Notes under the pieces: generated by a model
What the model was told of the DNA's origin: nothing
What the model saw: only the letters and a program-made list of their open reading frames with translations
Databases searched by the model: none
Shown: positions 7,881 to 19,543 of the stretch, one piece after another
How positions within the stretch are numbered: position 1 is the stretch's first letter
Layout of the letters: each line of letters begins with the position of its first letter
Translations under genes and position numbers: made by a program
Assembly: GCA_938039225.1 (NCBI GenBank)
Contig: CALHVH010000003.1
Span: forward strand, 1-39,516
Length of the DNA stretch: 39,516 bases
From: an uncultured Gammaproteobacteria bacterium
GTDB taxonomy: Bacteria > Pseudomonadota > Gammaproteobacteria > Steroidobacterales > JABDMI01
Direction: 5' to 3'

Positions 7881-9368
7881 TTATAAATTTAGGCTTTTAA
7901 TGACGTTGGGCTTTAGTTTTTCTAGACGTTGAAATAAGGTTTCATCGTCAGGCTCTGATAGTTCTTCGTCATCAATGGTTGGCATGTTTTCATTACGAGT
8001 TAGCCAAATTAACAAATCGTGATAATCGCGAATATTCTCTACATATTTAACGGGCTCACTGCCGCGTGCTTTTCCAAAGCGCAAGGTTGAGTAATATTTT
8101 TTTTCTGAAAGTAAAGGTAGATATTCACGCACATCACTCCATAAATCAGCATTTTTCCCTGCACGTTGAGTTAATATCCTAGCATCCTCTAAATGCCCAA
8201 AGCCCACGTTATATCCAGCAAGCGCAAACCATAGGCGATCCGGAAACTGGATACGTTGCGGTATTTTTGCTTGCATTTTTAATAGGTAACGTGCACCTCC
8301 ATCAATGCTCTGTTGAGGATCTTTGCGGTCTGTTACATTCATTTCTGCAGCGGTGTTTTTTGTAAGCATCATTAAGCCTTTTACACCTGTAGGAGAAACC
8401 GCGTTTTTTCGCCAATGCGATTCTTGATATGAGACGGCAGCTAACAATTTCCAATCAATGCCATAGTCTATTCCAGCTTGTAAGAAAAAATTACGAAACT
8501 CTGGAAAGCGATTTTCGTAGTCTTTCTTGAAGTTAGTTACTTCAAAATAATCAAAACTGTTGATATAACCAAAGTGTAATTCTTTGAGTTGATCTAATTC
8601 ACCGCTGGATTCTAATGTGGTAAAAAAAGTATTAATCTCTTTTTGTAAGCTAGGAGAATGTTGAGGCATCGCCCAAGCTATTCTTTGTATTTCGCTGAGT
8701 TCAATCAGAGAGCTGAGTTTAGGGAAGTAACGTTGTGTTACGGCAAATTCATTTGAGTCAACAATGGTAAGTTCAATATCGCCATTTTTTACGCTTTGCA
8801 TAAGCTCAATGGTGCTGTCTGCATTTTGTGTATCCCATTCTAAATCCGGAAAATTTGCTTGCAATTGAATCAGGCGTTCGAGATGACTGCTATCGGCAAG
8901 AACTGCAATTTTAAAATCCGGTAAGTCGCTAAGGTCTTTAGGTTGTTTTTTATCGCGGCGTCCAATCAGTTGTTGAGTGACTTCTTGGTAATCTGGCCCA
9001 AAATCAACATCTAATTTTCGTGCCTCAGTAATACTTAAACCAGCAGCGGCTATATGAGCGCGACCATTTTCAATATCTTGTAAAGCTTGTGATACTGAGC
9101 TACTGTAAATGTTTAATTCAACGTCTAAGTACTCAGCAAATTTTTTTGCTAAATCATACTCAAAACCTGTGGCTTGCCCATTATTGAAAGTGTAGGTAGC
9201 CGGGTTTTCGCGCGTGACTACACGAATCTCTCCAGTGGCTAGAATTTCATCGATAGGGCTTATACTTGGCGAGCAAGTAGTCAAACTAGCGCTTAGGCCT
9301 ACAAAAAAGCTAACAATAGCGACTAGCTTGAAAGCCCGCCAATATTGATTTGTCTCAGCTTTCATCAA
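7881..9368 (-). CDS. mltF: Membrane-bound lytic murein transglycosylase F
   Basis: N-terminal family-3 solute-binding-like domain (GEIRVVTRENPATY...GFEYDLAKKFAEYL) plus C-terminal SLT domain (AAVSYQESHWRKNAVSPTGVKGLMMLT). It sits divergent from purL, as yfhD/mltF does in enterics. Confidence 0.88.
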   Translation of the reverse strand: MMKAETNQYWRAFKLVAIVSFFVGLSASLTTCSPSISPIDEILATGEIRVVTRENPATYTFNNGQATGFEYDLAKKFAEYLDVELNIYSSSVSQALQDIENGRAHIAAAGLSITEARKLDVDFGPDYQEVTQQLIGRRDKKQPKDLSDLPDFKIAVLADSSHLERLIQLQANFPDLEWDTQNADSTIELMQSVKNGDIELTIVDSNEFAVTQRYFPKLSSLIELSEIQRIAWAMPQHSPSLQKEINTFFTTLESSGELDQLKELHFGYINSFDYFEVTNFKKDYENRFPEFRNFFLQAGIDYGIDWKLLAAVSYQESHWRKNAVSPTGVKGLMMLTKNTAAEMNVTDRKDPQQSIDGGARYLLKMQAKIPQRIQFPDRLWFALAGYNVGFGHLEDARILTQRAGKNADLWSDVREYLPLLSEKKYYSTLRFGKARGSEPVKYVENIRDYHDLLIWLTRNENMPTIDDEELSEPDDETLFQRLEKLKPNVIKSLNL

Positions 9369-9455
9369 GCAGAATGTAGCACAAGCTGAGTCGCACTGCA
9401 GTGAACCACGTCATAAGGTAAAATGTGCTTCTTTTCAACCAGTATCCAAAGCATT

Positions 9456-9791
9456 ATGAACGCTAAAACTGAGTCATTATTTAAAGTGATTTTTATGAGC
9501 CAGGCCAAGGTTTATGAGATTTATGCGCGCGAGATTAGCGAAGGTGGATTGTTTGGTTTTCTTGAAGTTGAGCAGATGGTTTTTGGTGAAAACACCAGTT
9601 TAGTAGTTGATCCATCTGAAGAAAAACTCAAAACAGAATTTACCGGAGTGTTGCGTTCTTACATTCCGTTACACAATGTTATTCGTATTGACGAAGTTGA
9701 AAAACGTGGTGTGAGTAAAATTAGTAAAGCTGAAGGAGATAATGTAACGCGTTTTCCTTCTCCCATATATACCCCAACAAGTAATGGATAA
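9456..9791 (+). CDS. DUF1820 family protein
   Basis: LFKVIFMSQAKVYEIYAREISEGGLFGFLEVEQMVFGE...VDPSEEKLKTEFTGVLRSYIPLHNVIRIDEVEK matches my recollection of the small conserved protein found upstream of purL in many gammaproteobacteria. The start is uncertain: the ORF track begins at 9423 (AAGG 4 nt upstream), 9456 gives MNAKTESLFKVIF, and 9495 would cut conserved residues. Confidence 0.6.
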   Translation: MNAKTESLFKVIFMSQAKVYEIYAREISEGGLFGFLEVEQMVFGENTSLVVDPSEEKLKTEFTGVLRSYIPLHNVIRIDEVEKRGVSKISKAEGDNVTRFPSPIYTPTSNG

Positions 9792-9854
9792 ATTGATACT
9801 GTAATTCATCCGTTAGCTCAAAATTATTTAAATAAATTTAACCCAAGGTTAAGC

Positions 9855-12800
9855 ATGATTACTTTACTTGGCACGTCAGCCTATTCTGATTTCCGCATTC
9901 AAAAATTACTTAAGCAATTACAAGTAATCAATCCAAGTATTCAAAGTGTGACTTCTCGTTTTGTACATTTGGCTGATACCAAAATAGATTTGGATTCGCA
10001 TGAATTAGAAACGCTAAGAGCATTATTGACTTATGGTGAATCTGAAGTTGCTGAGCTAGATGCTAATCTTTGGGTTTTCCCAAGAATTGGAAGTATTTCA
10101 CCTTGGGCAAGTAAGGCGACTGATATTGCAAAAAATACGAGCTTAGATAAAGTTAAGCGTCTTGAAAGAGGTATAGCATTTGAAATAAAGGCTAGCAAAG
10201 GACTTTCAAACGATGATTTAGCTGAGTTGGCACCTGTTTTACATGACCGCATGACAGAAACCGTATTTTTTGATCTGAACGAGTCTGTTAAGTTGTTTAG
10301 TACGGCTAAACCTCGTCAGTTACAAAACGTGGATATCTTAGAAGGTGGTCGTGAAAAACTGGTCGAAGCGAATACGAGTTTGGGCTTGGCATTATCAGAA
10401 GATGAAATTGATTATTTAGTTGAAAACTTTACTAAACTCAAACGTAATCCTAGTGATGCTGAGTTAATGATGTTTGCACAAGCCAACTCTGAGCATTGTA
10501 GACATAAAATATTTAATGCCGATTGGGTTGTAGATGGAGAAGAACAAGAAAAATCTTTGTTTTCCATGATTCGTAATACACATGCCCATCATCCCGATGG
10601 AGTTTTATCAGCTTATTCGGATAACGCGGCTGTAATTGAAGGCTATAACACTAAACGTTTTTACCCAACCGAAATGGCTGGCGATTATAAATGGCATCAA
10701 GAAGATGCACACATTATGATTAAAGTTGAAACGCATAATCATCCTACGGCAATTTCTCCTCATCCTGGAGCGGCTACAGGTAATGGTGGTGAAATCCGTG
10801 ATGAAGCCGCAACCGGTCTCGGTGCAAAAACCAAAGCTGGTTTAAGTGGGTTCTCAGTATCTAATTTACATATTCCTGAAGCACCAAAGCCTTGGGAAGA
10901 TGCTTTACAAAAACCAGATCGTATCGCTTCAGCATTGGACATTATGCTTGAGGGTCCAATTGGTGGTGCGGCATTTAATAATGAATTTGGCAGACCAAAT
11001 TTAACGGGTTATTTCAGAAGTTATGAACAAACTGCGCCAAAGCCAAATGGTGGTGAAATGCAGCGCGGTTATCACAAGCCAATAATGATTGCTGGTGGAA
11101 TGGGTAATATTAAAGCTGAGCATGCGGTGAAACCTGACGTGCATCCTGGACTTAAATTGGTGGTTCTTGGTGGACCTGCTATGTTGATTGGTCTTGGTGG
11201 TGGTGCTGCGTCGTCCATGGCCAGTGGTAGTTCTAATGAAGAGTTAGATTTTGCTTCAGTTCAACGTGGCAACCCTGAAATGCAACGTCGAGCACAAGAA
11301 GTGATTGATCGTTGTTGGCAAATGGGTGAGAACAGTCCCATTGCTTTGATTCATGACGTGGGGGCTGGAGGTATTTCTAATGCCTTACCAGAATTAATTG
11401 ATCATTCAGATCATGGTGGTGTTATCGAGCTGCGTAATGTTCTTAACGATGAGCCGGGTATGTCGCCAATGGAGATTTGGTGTAATGAAGCCCAAGAGCG
11501 TTTCGTGCTTTGTGTCGAGCCTAGCCGAATTGCAGAATTCGAGGCTATATGTAAACGTGAACGAGCCTTATATTGTGTGGTTGGCGATTTAACCGAAGAC
11601 AAGCAGTTAATTATTAACGACAAGCTTTTTGGAAATTCGCCAGTAGATATGCCTATGGAAGTGCTGTTAGGTAAAGCGCCAAAAATGACGCGAGTAGTTG
11701 AACATGCAAGCTATGAGCCACAAGAGTTTGACACCAGTGAGATTGATTTAAAAGATGCGGTTAGCCGAGTTTTGCGTAATCCAACCGTAGGTGATAAAAC
11801 CTTTCTAGTGACTATCGGCGACAGAGCCGTTATGGGTCATACGGCAAGAGATCAGATGGTTGGCCCGTGGCAAGTTCCGGTGGCTGATGTTGCAGTAACA
11901 AGCAGTGCCTTATCCGGCTTTAGCGGCGAAGCTATGGCAATGGGTGAGCGTACGCCTATTGCTAGTCTGAATGCTCCTGCCTCAGGCCGTATGGCCATTG
12001 GTGAAACATTATTAAATATGGCGGCAGCAGATATTGGCCCAATTGGAAATATTAAGCTGTCAGCAAACTGGATGGCGGCCTGTGGTTATCCAGGTGAAGA
12101 CGCGGCATTATTTGATACCGTTAAAGCGGTAGGCGAAGAACTATGCCCGGCATTAGGTGTTGCTATTCCAGTGGGTAAAGATTCTTTGTCTATGCGAACA
12201 AAGTGGGAACAAGCAGGAACAGAACATGAAGTGGTTGCACCGTTATCATTAATTGTCTCTGGTTTTGCTCCTGTTAAAGATGTTAGAAAAACCTTAACAC
12301 CAGAATTAGACCTGAGTGAAGAATCTGGTTTACTGCTCATTGATGTGGCTGAAGGTCGTGATCGTTTGGGGGCCTCAATTCTTACTCAAGTTTATAAGCA
12401 AACCGGTGATGTTACGCCTGATGTTGATAACCCGGCAATCTTAGCCAGTGTGTTTGCAGCTATTCAAAGTTTAATTGCACAAGATTTACTATTGGCCTAC
12501 CACGACCGGTCTGATGGTGGTTTACTAGCTACGCTTACTGAAATGGCTTTTGCTTCTCGTTGTGGCTTAGAGATATCTTTAGATTATTCAAACTCGGATG
12601 CAATCAGTGCTTTATTCACTGAAGAATTAGGAGCGGTTATTCAAGTACGCAATAGTGACTTAGACAAAGTACAAGCCGTATTTGCTGACTTAGATATTCT
12701 TGAATGCCTGAATGTTATAGGAGTTCCGGTTGCTGGAAATAGAGTTTCTATTGCTCGTAACAATAAAGTGATATTTAGTGATGAACGTTCAAGCTTACAT

Positions 12801-13748
12801 CGCTTATGGTCGGAAACCAGTTATCACATGCAAAGTTTACGAGACAACCCAGCCTGTGCACAGGAATAGTATGATCGTTTATTGGATGTGAATGACCCAG
12901 GTATACATCCAGTGATTTCGTTTGATGTTGCTGAAGATGTTTCTGCCCCTTACCTTAATTTGAATGCAAAACCTAAGTTAGCTATTTTGCGAGAACAAGG
13001 TGTGAATAGTCAGGTAGAAATGGCAGCCGCTTTTGATATCGCAGGCTTTAAAACCTACGATGTGCATATGACGGATATTTTACAAGGGCGCCATAAGTTA
13101 GCCGACTTTAAAGGCATGATTGCTTGTGGTGGTTTTTCTTATGGGGATGTTCTTGGTGCTGGCGAAGGTTGGGCGAAAACCATTCTTTTTAATAATCAGG
13201 CCAGAGATGAATTTGCCGAGTTCTTTACGCGCCAAGATACATTTTCTTTGGGTGTGTGTAATGGCTGTCAAATGATGTCTAACCTACGTGAGATTATTCC
13301 TGGTGCTGAGCTGTGGCCACGATTCTTAACTAATCGTTCTGAACAATACGAGGCACGCTACTCACAAGTAAGAGTGGAAAATACTAACTCAATTCTTTTA
13401 CAAGATATGCAGGGCTCAGTGATTCCAGTGGTTACTTCGCATGGTGAAGGTAGGGCAAGTTTTAAAGATGCCGCTCACTTAGACGAGGCTCAAAACCTTA
13501 TATCTCTACGTTATGTTGATAATAGCCATCAACTAAATGATGCTTATCCGCATAATCCAAACGGTTCACCGCAGGGAATTACTTCACTGACCACGGTAGA
13601 TGGTAGGGCAACGATTATGATGCCACACCCTGAACGTGTGTTTAGAACCATTCAGATGTCATCGGTGTCTAAACAACATGAACAAGAATGGGGTGAGTTC
13701 TCACCTTGGATGAGAATGTTTAGAAATGCAAGGACATGGATAGATTGA
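9855..13748 (+). pseudogene. purL: Phosphoribosylformylglycinamidine (FGAM) synthase, single-chain large type, interrupted by an in-frame TAG at 12867-12869
   Basis: Fragments 9855..12869 (1004 aa, synthetase) and 12882..13748 (288 aa, glutaminase with [16 protein letters not shown]) are in the same reading frame. Reading through gives ...[20 protein letters not shown]..., collinear with E. coli ...NPQCADQEHEAKANDTDPGLN.... The N-terminus [19 protein letters not shown] resembles E. coli [20 protein letters not shown]. Confidence 0.9.
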
Positions 13749-13763
13749 TTATCGTCTCAGGTT

Positions 13764-14729
13764 TTATTTGAGTTCAAAACAATCTAAATCATTGGCAAAT
13801 GAAACCGGACCAGTGTAAGTTTTGTTAATTTCTTCAAGTGTCTGTACTTCCTTGCCCAAAGTGCGATTCATCCTATGCGAAATGATTAGGTTTTTAACAT
13901 TGCCAGCTTTGGCGTATTCCCCAATACGATCCGGCGCCATGTGAAGATTTCTTACAAAACCTGTAGCGCTTTGAGGGATAGCATTGTGAGCCACAAAATA
14001 GTCAGTGTTTTTTAATAGATTAATAAAGCTTTCATCACCTCTACCCATATCACCACTAAAGACAATCGATTTATTTCCAATATCGAGTCTCCAGGCTAAA
14101 GCAGGAATCGGCCCATGAGTTACTGGCGTAGCACTGATATTGATTTTATTATCCTTGGTTTTAAATGCAGACTGATAAACTATTGCGGAGACTTTATAAT
14201 CCGATTGTTTATCAGAATCCTCTAGATAATCACCTAAGTATTTATAGGCTCCAGACGTTTCATTAAATAATCGTTGAATGTATTCATCTGTTGCTGGCAT
14301 GGTTGAGTTGCCGTCTGGGCCAACTATAGGTAAATGGTTCGAACGCTGTATAAAGTATGACCCTTTGATAAATGCGGGTAAGTCAGCACTGTGATCTACA
14401 TGTAAATGCGTTAACAGAATAGTATCTATAGTAGAAAAGTCACCACCGGCTTGCTCAAAATTGTAGGCCGCTCCTGAACCGGCATCTACCAATATTCTTG
14501 ACTCGCCGTTTAGCCAAATGAGATAAGCCGAAGAGGCTCTTTTATCATTAATCTCTGGACCGCCAGAACCTAAAACTTGAAGCCAAGCTCCATCAGTTCC
14601 ACAGCTAATTGGCGTTTCTGGGTTTGCACGAGTCGTTTTTACAATGTCTTGTGATTCTGCCGCAGAGCAACTGCAAACCGAAACACTGAAAAGAAACATA
14701 GTTAATGTTACGAAAAGCGAATTTTTCAT
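13764..14729 (-). CDS. Exported MBL-fold metallo-hydrolase
   Basis: Signal peptide (LFVTLTMFLFSVSVCSCSAAE). Metallo-beta-lactamase motif LLTHLHVDHSADL, plus downstream H and D residues. Confidence 0.75.
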   Translation of the reverse strand: MKNSLFVTLTMFLFSVSVCSCSAAESQDIVKTTRANPETPISCGTDGAWLQVLGSGGPEINDKRASSAYLIWLNGESRILVDAGSGAAYNFEQAGGDFSTIDTILLTHLHVDHSADLPAFIKGSYFIQRSNHLPIVGPDGNSTMPATDEYIQRLFNETSGAYKYLGDYLEDSDKQSDYKVSAIVYQSAFKTKDNKINISATPVTHGPIPALAWRLDIGNKSIVFSGDMGRGDESFINLLKNTDYFVAHNAIPQSATGFVRNLHMAPDRIGEYAKAGNVKNLIISHRMNRTLGKEVQTLEEINKTYTGPVSFANDLDCFELK

Positions 14730-14854
14730 AATTGTCTAGCCTCATCTTTTAAGTCTCCATCATAACTAGATGCTTAGCAAAATACATTATCTTCTTCAAA
14801 ACTGCGTGTCTTTGGGCTAGACTTAGAAGAATCTTCAAGCGCTACGGGGCCAGT

Positions 14855-17692
14855 ATGAAAATCATTAGAGTTTTGCTTATATTCAGTTTTTTTATTTTAA
14901 TATCTTGTGTAGGGACTTCAAGCAGTTCATTTGAAACGAGTGAAAAAAGTGAGTTCTCAATTGAATATGAAAAATTCACTTTAGAGAACGGTTTGGAAGT
15001 GGTTTTACATGTTGATAAGTCTGATCCTATTGTGGCACTAACCACCGTAGTACATGCTGGTAGTAATCGAGAAAAACCTGGACGTACGGGTTTTGCACAT
15101 TTCTTTGAGCACATGGCATTTAATGATTCTGAAAATGTTCCTCGAGGTTGGAACCGAAAAGCGATTCCTGAGTGGGGTGGTACGCGGAATGGAGGCACCT
15201 GGAGTGATGGAACCATTTACTTTGAGCAAGTTCCCAAGGACGCTTTTGATAAAATTTTGTGGATTGATAGTGATCGAATGGGCTATATGATTAATACGGT
15301 TACAACTGAGGCCTTAGAGCGAGAAAAGCAAGTAGTAAAAAATGAAAAACGTCAACGGGTTGATAATGCTCCGTATGGATATACAGGCGAGATTATTCGT
15401 AAGAATCTTTATCCTCAAGGGCATCCTTACAGTTGGACGGTGATTGGAGCTTTACCGGATCTACAGGCGGCTACCTTGGAAGATGTTAAAGAGTTCTATG
15501 CCGATTTTTACGGTCCAAATAATGCTACTTTAGCTATTGCTGGCGATATCGATATAGAAGAAACTAAGAAGAAAGTCGAATTATGGTTCGGTGAAATTAA
15601 AAGAGGCAAAGAGGTCGCTAAACCAAACCCTATGCCGGTAAGGCTTGAGCAAACAAAATCATTATATTTTGAAGACAATTTTGCCAAGCTTCCCGAGTTG
15701 CGCTTAACCTTTCCTAGTGTTGAATCTTACCACCCAGATGAACAAGCATTAATCTTGCTGGGACAATTGCTTAGTAATAGTAAAAAAGCACCTTTATACC
15801 AAGAAATTGTAGAAACAAAAAAACTGGCGCCTAGTATCAGTTCATACAATAACAGCAGTGAAATAGCGGGTGAATTTGTTTTTAGGATTCGTGCTAATGC
15901 TGGAGTTGATTTGGATGAAGTACATCAAGCTTTGCAGACTGGTTTAAAAGACTTCGAAAAAAAGGGTGTTTCCTTAAGTGATTTAGAACGCATCAAGGCA
16001 GAGCAAGAAACTAATTTGTACGGCGGTTTTTCTACTATCTTAAGAAAATCCAATCAATTAGCATCAGATAACGAATTCAGTGGTGATCCTGCATATGCGG
16101 TGAAACAAGCAAAATTATTACAAGCCGTGTCTGCAGCGGACGTGATGCGTGTTTATGAAACTTACATCAAAAATAAGTATTCGGTGATAACAAGTTTTGT
16201 GCCAAAGGATCAAAAACAATTAGCCTTGGATGGTTCTGAACTTGCTACTGTTTGGATAGAAGAAGTAAAAGCTGGTGCAGCCAGTGAAGAAGTCAGTGCA
16301 GGTGATCTAGCGGTATATGAAAAAACTAAAACTAAGCATGATAGGTCAGAGCCAGAATTTGGTGAGTTGCCTTTACTAAAAACCCCAGCTATTTGGCAAG
16401 CAACTTTAGAAAACTCGGTTCCAGTTTTGGGAATTAAAAACACCGAGGTTCCGCTCATTGCTTTTGATATTACTATCAAAGGTGGCGCATGGCTGGATAA
16501 TATAAGTAAAAAAGGTACTTCAAATTTGCTTGCGGATTTACTCATGGAGGGAACCGCTAATAAAACGCCTGCCGAATTAGAAGAAGCTATTGGCTTATTA
16601 GGCTCAGGTATATCCATCAATACTGGTGCTGAAGAAATAGTTATTAATGCCACATCCTTAGCGAGGAACTTTGAAAAAACTGTGGCTTTGGTTCAAGAAA
16701 TTCTTTTACAGCCACGTTGGGATGAAGCTGAATACGAACGTTTAGTTTCAGCAATGAAAACGAGCTTAAAAGGACGTGAGGCAAATCCTAATGCGATAGC
16801 TGCTTTTACCTTTAATCGGTTAATTTATGGGGAAGTTCATCCTAATGGGTTGCCGGTTAGTGGTACTTTAAAAACCGTTTCTAATATCACTTTGGATGAC
16901 CTAAAAACGGCTTATATGAATTTGTCGCCAGCTAATGCTCGTATACATATAGTGGGTGACATCACTGAAAAACGTGCAATAAAAGCCTTAAATGCCCTAA
17001 GTTCAAAGTGGGAGGGTAAGGCTATTGCACTTCCAAAGTTTGAAATTCCACCTCAAACCAATGCTGGAACTGTCTTTTTTATTGATGTGCCAAATAGTAA
17101 GCAAAGTGTCTTACGAATAGGAAAACTGGCTCTTAATTCTTTAAATGCTGATGCTAATCGACTGGACTTCAGCAACGATAAATTAGGTGGGGGTAGTAGT
17201 GGCGATTTATTCCAGACCTTAAGAATTGAAAAGGGGTATACCTATGGTATGTATTCTGGCATAGCTCGTGGATTGGAGACTCAGGCGTTTACTGCACGTG
17301 GAAGTGTTAGAGCTAATGCTACCAAGGCTTCATTAGAGATTATTCGTGAAATGCTAGCGAACTATGCACAAAATTTTACTGAGAAAGATGTTGAAACAAC
17401 AAAGCAAAAATTGGTAAAAAGAAACACCAGTGCTTTTGAAAGTTTAAACGCTAAACTCGGAACTCTCAGGCAAATTAGTAAGTACGCTAAAGCTCTTAAC
17501 TATGTAGAACAAGATCAAAAAGAACTCGTTGCCATGAATTTAGCAGACTTCAAATCAACAGCCACTAAATACCTTGATGAGTCAGAGATGATCTATCTGA
17601 TTGTTGGTGATAAAGCCACCCAGTTTAACGAGGTTAAAGAGTTTGCTGGTGGTGAAGTGATTGAATTAGATATTTTTGGAAATCGCTTGTAA
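14855..17692 (+). CDS. M16 (pitrilysin/insulinase) family zinc peptidase lipoprotein, two-half fused form
   Basis: Lipobox ILISC. Inverted zinc motif HFFEHMAF, with EKQVVKNEKR downstream. At 945 aa it is consistent with active plus inactive M16 halves in one chain. Confidence 0.85.
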   Translation: MKIIRVLLIFSFFILISCVGTSSSSFETSEKSEFSIEYEKFTLENGLEVVLHVDKSDPIVALTTVVHAGSNREKPGRTGFAHFFEHMAFNDSENVPRGWNRKAIPEWGGTRNGGTWSDGTIYFEQVPKDAFDKILWIDSDRMGYMINTVTTEALEREKQVVKNEKRQRVDNAPYGYTGEIIRKNLYPQGHPYSWTVIGALPDLQAATLEDVKEFYADFYGPNNATLAIAGDIDIEETKKKVELWFGEIKRGKEVAKPNPMPVRLEQTKSLYFEDNFAKLPELRLTFPSVESYHPDEQALILLGQLLSNSKKAPLYQEIVETKKLAPSISSYNNSSEIAGEFVFRIRANAGVDLDEVHQALQTGLKDFEKKGVSLSDLERIKAEQETNLYGGFSTILRKSNQLASDNEFSGDPAYAVKQAKLLQAVSAADVMRVYETYIKNKYSVITSFVPKDQKQLALDGSELATVWIEEVKAGAASEEVSAGDLAVYEKTKTKHDRSEPEFGELPLLKTPAIWQATLENSVPVLGIKNTEVPLIAFDITIKGGAWLDNISKKGTSNLLADLLMEGTANKTPAELEEAIGLLGSGISINTGAEEIVINATSLARNFEKTVALVQEILLQPRWDEAEYERLVSAMKTSLKGREANPNAIAAFTFNRLIYGEVHPNGLPVSGTLKTVSNITLDDLKTAYMNLSPANARIHIVGDITEKRAIKALNALSSKWEGKAIALPKFEIPPQTNAGTVFFIDVPNSKQSVLRIGKLALNSLNADANRLDFSNDKLGGGSSGDLFQTLRIEKGYTYGMYSGIARGLETQAFTARGSVRANATKASLEIIREMLANYAQNFTEKDVETTKQKLVKRNTSAFESLNAKLGTLRQISKYAKALNYVEQDQKELVAMNLADFKSTATKYLDESEMIYLIVGDKATQFNEVKEFAGGEVIELDIFGNRL

Positions 17693-17709
17693 GTGAAAGT
17701 AGAGTAAGC

Positions 17710-17742
17710 AAAAAAAAGCCGATGTTAACATCGGCTTTTTTT
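17710..17742. terminator. Bidirectional rho-independent terminator between the convergent M16 peptidase and ybiT genes
   Basis: aaaaaaa-AGCCGATGTT/AACATCGGCT-ttttttt. A perfect 10-bp palindromic stem (17717-17736) flanked by an A-run and a T-run. Confidence 0.85.
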
Positions 17743-17755
17743 AATCAGAATGATT

Positions 17756-19342
17756 TCAGGCTCCTTGTCTCGCAAGGTATTCATCATAAGTGCCATGGTA
17801 ATCATTGATCCCAGTCGGGGTTAACTCAATAATTCGGGTAGCTAGAGATGAAACAAATTCTCTATCGTGACTGATAAAGATTAAAGTGCCTTCGTAGTTT
17901 TCTAGAGCCAAGTTTAATGACTCAATAGATTCCATATCTAAGTGGTTGGTTGGTTCATCCAGTAATAAAATATTTGGGGTTTGTAACATTAACTTACCAA
18001 AAATCATGCGACCTTGTTCACCACCCGACAGAACTTGTACTTTCTTTTCGATATCATTCTGACTAAAGAGCAGTCGACCTAATACAGAGCGAATACTCTG
18101 TTCGTCATCTGTCACTTTACCCCATTGCTCCATCCATTCAAACACATGTAAATTCTTTTCAAATTCATGTGCATGATCCTGAGCATAGTAACCAATATTG
18201 GAATTTTCTGACCATTTAATGGTCCCTGCATTGGCCTCTAGGTCACCATAAAGGCAACGCATCAGTGTGGTTTTGCCAATACCGTTTTCACCAATAATAG
18301 CTATGCGTTCACCCACTTCAATATTAAGATTCAAGTTTTTGAATAGTTCTTCTTCAAAACTTTTTGCCAAGCCTTCAACCTCTAGAGCCATACGGAAAAG
18401 TTTTTTCTCCTGCTCAAAACGGATGTAAGGGCTTTTACGACTAGATGGTTTAATGTCAGCTAGAACAATTTTATCAATTTGTTTAGCACGAGAAGTGGCT
18501 TGTTTAGATTTTGATGCATTAGCCGAGAAACGACTTACAAAGGCTTTTAGCTCAGCAATTTGTGCTTTTTTCTTAGCATTATCTGATTGCATTTGCTCTC
18601 TAGCTTGAGTTGATGCCGTCATATACTGATCATAATTGCCAGGGTATAAATTAATGGCACCATAGTCTAAGTCAGCCATATGTGTGCACACGCTGTTTAA
18701 GAAATGTCTATCATGCGAAATAATAATCATGGTGCAGTTACGTGCACGTAAAACCTCTTCAAGCCATTGAATGGTATGAATGTCCAAGTTATTGGTTGGT
18801 TCATCCAAGAGCATAATGTCTGGTTCTGAAAAAAGTACCTGCGTTAATAGAACTCTTAGTTTCCAACCTGGGGCAACTTCACTCATTGGGCCGTAATGTT
18901 GTTCTTCAGGAATGCCTACCGCTAAAAGCAATTCACCTGCACGAGCTTCCGCTGTATAGCCATCCATTTCGGCAAACTCAGACTCTAATTCTGCCGCTCG
19001 CATACCATCGGCTTCGGTCATATTGGGATTATCGTAAATGGCGTCACGTTCAGACTTGACTGCCCAAAGTTCGACATGTCCCATAATAACGGTATCAATA
19101 ACGCTGTATTCTTCGTAAGCAAACTGATCTTGGCTTAGTTTGCCAATGCGTTCATGAGGGCCTTTAGATACATTGCCTGCTGTTGGCTCTAAATCTCCCC
19201 CAAGAATTTTCATGAAAGTGGATTTACCACAGCCATTTGCGCCAATTAAGCCATAGCGGTTGCCTTCGCCGAATTTGACAGAAACGTTCTCAAAAAGGGG
19301 TTTATCCCCGAATTGCATGGTGATATTAGAGGTTGCTAACAC
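17756..19342 (-). CDS. ybiT: ABC-F family ATPase YbiT
   Basis: Near-collinear with my recollection of E. coli YbiT: [59 protein letters not shown] vs [59 protein letters not shown]. Two ABC cassettes, no TM domain, 528 aa. Confidence 0.92.
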   Translation of the reverse strand: MLATSNITMQFGDKPLFENVSVKFGEGNRYGLIGANGCGKSTFMKILGGDLEPTAGNVSKGPHERIGKLSQDQFAYEEYSVIDTVIMGHVELWAVKSERDAIYDNPNMTEADGMRAAELESEFAEMDGYTAEARAGELLLAVGIPEEQHYGPMSEVAPGWKLRVLLTQVLFSEPDIMLLDEPTNNLDIHTIQWLEEVLRARNCTMIIISHDRHFLNSVCTHMADLDYGAINLYPGNYDQYMTASTQAREQMQSDNAKKKAQIAELKAFVSRFSANASKSKQATSRAKQIDKIVLADIKPSSRKSPYIRFEQEKKLFRMALEVEGLAKSFEEELFKNLNLNIEVGERIAIIGENGIGKTTLMRCLYGDLEANAGTIKWSENSNIGYYAQDHAHEFEKNLHVFEWMEQWGKVTDDEQSIRSVLGRLLFSQNDIEKKVQVLSGGEQGRMIFGKLMLQTPNILLLDEPTNHLDMESIESLNLALENYEGTLIFISHDREFVSSLATRIIELTPTGINDYHGTYDEYLARQGA

Positions 19343-19543
19343 GGTATTTATCCTGATTTACGCTATATTGACGAAAAGCCAACATGAAATGAGTTGTTTG
19401 ACTGTATTGAATGAGAATTCAATAAGCTAAAATTAAGCTGCGCACTATGCCACAAATGCGCTTTAGAAGCACTAATAAAGGCTTATTTCTTTAAATTGAG
19501 TTTGCGAGGTACTTGAAAACCTGTCTAGGCCTAAACAATGCTA

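Noticed and set aside
9423-9455. The upstream ATG at 9423 as the DUF1820 start (adds MCFFSTSIQSI)
   Set aside because: The added residues look non-native and the conserved region begins around LFKVIF. However, 9423 has the better Shine-Dalgarno (AAGG), so this remains uncertain rather than excluded.
12882-13748. Treating the 288-aa glutaminase ORF as a naturally separate purQ gene
   Set aside because: It is in the same frame as the upstream 1004-aa ORF, only four codons after a single TAG. It starts at a weak TTG with no Shine-Dalgarno in frame. The read-through sequence is collinear with single-chain PurL, so an interrupted large purL is the more parsimonious reading.
14842-16653. Antisense and alternative-frame ORFs inside the M16 peptidase gene (124, 63, 78 and 147 aa)
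   Set aside because: They are fully embedded in a 945-aa gene with strong family motifs. They have no independent signals and are shadow ORFs. The same reasoning applies to the small ORFs inside the EBP, kinase, purL, PaiB, hutI, hutG, YiiX-like, secreted alpha/beta hydrolase, DUF2834-like, DUF4240, UDG, methyltransferase, zinc-ribbon and sugar dehydrogenase genes.
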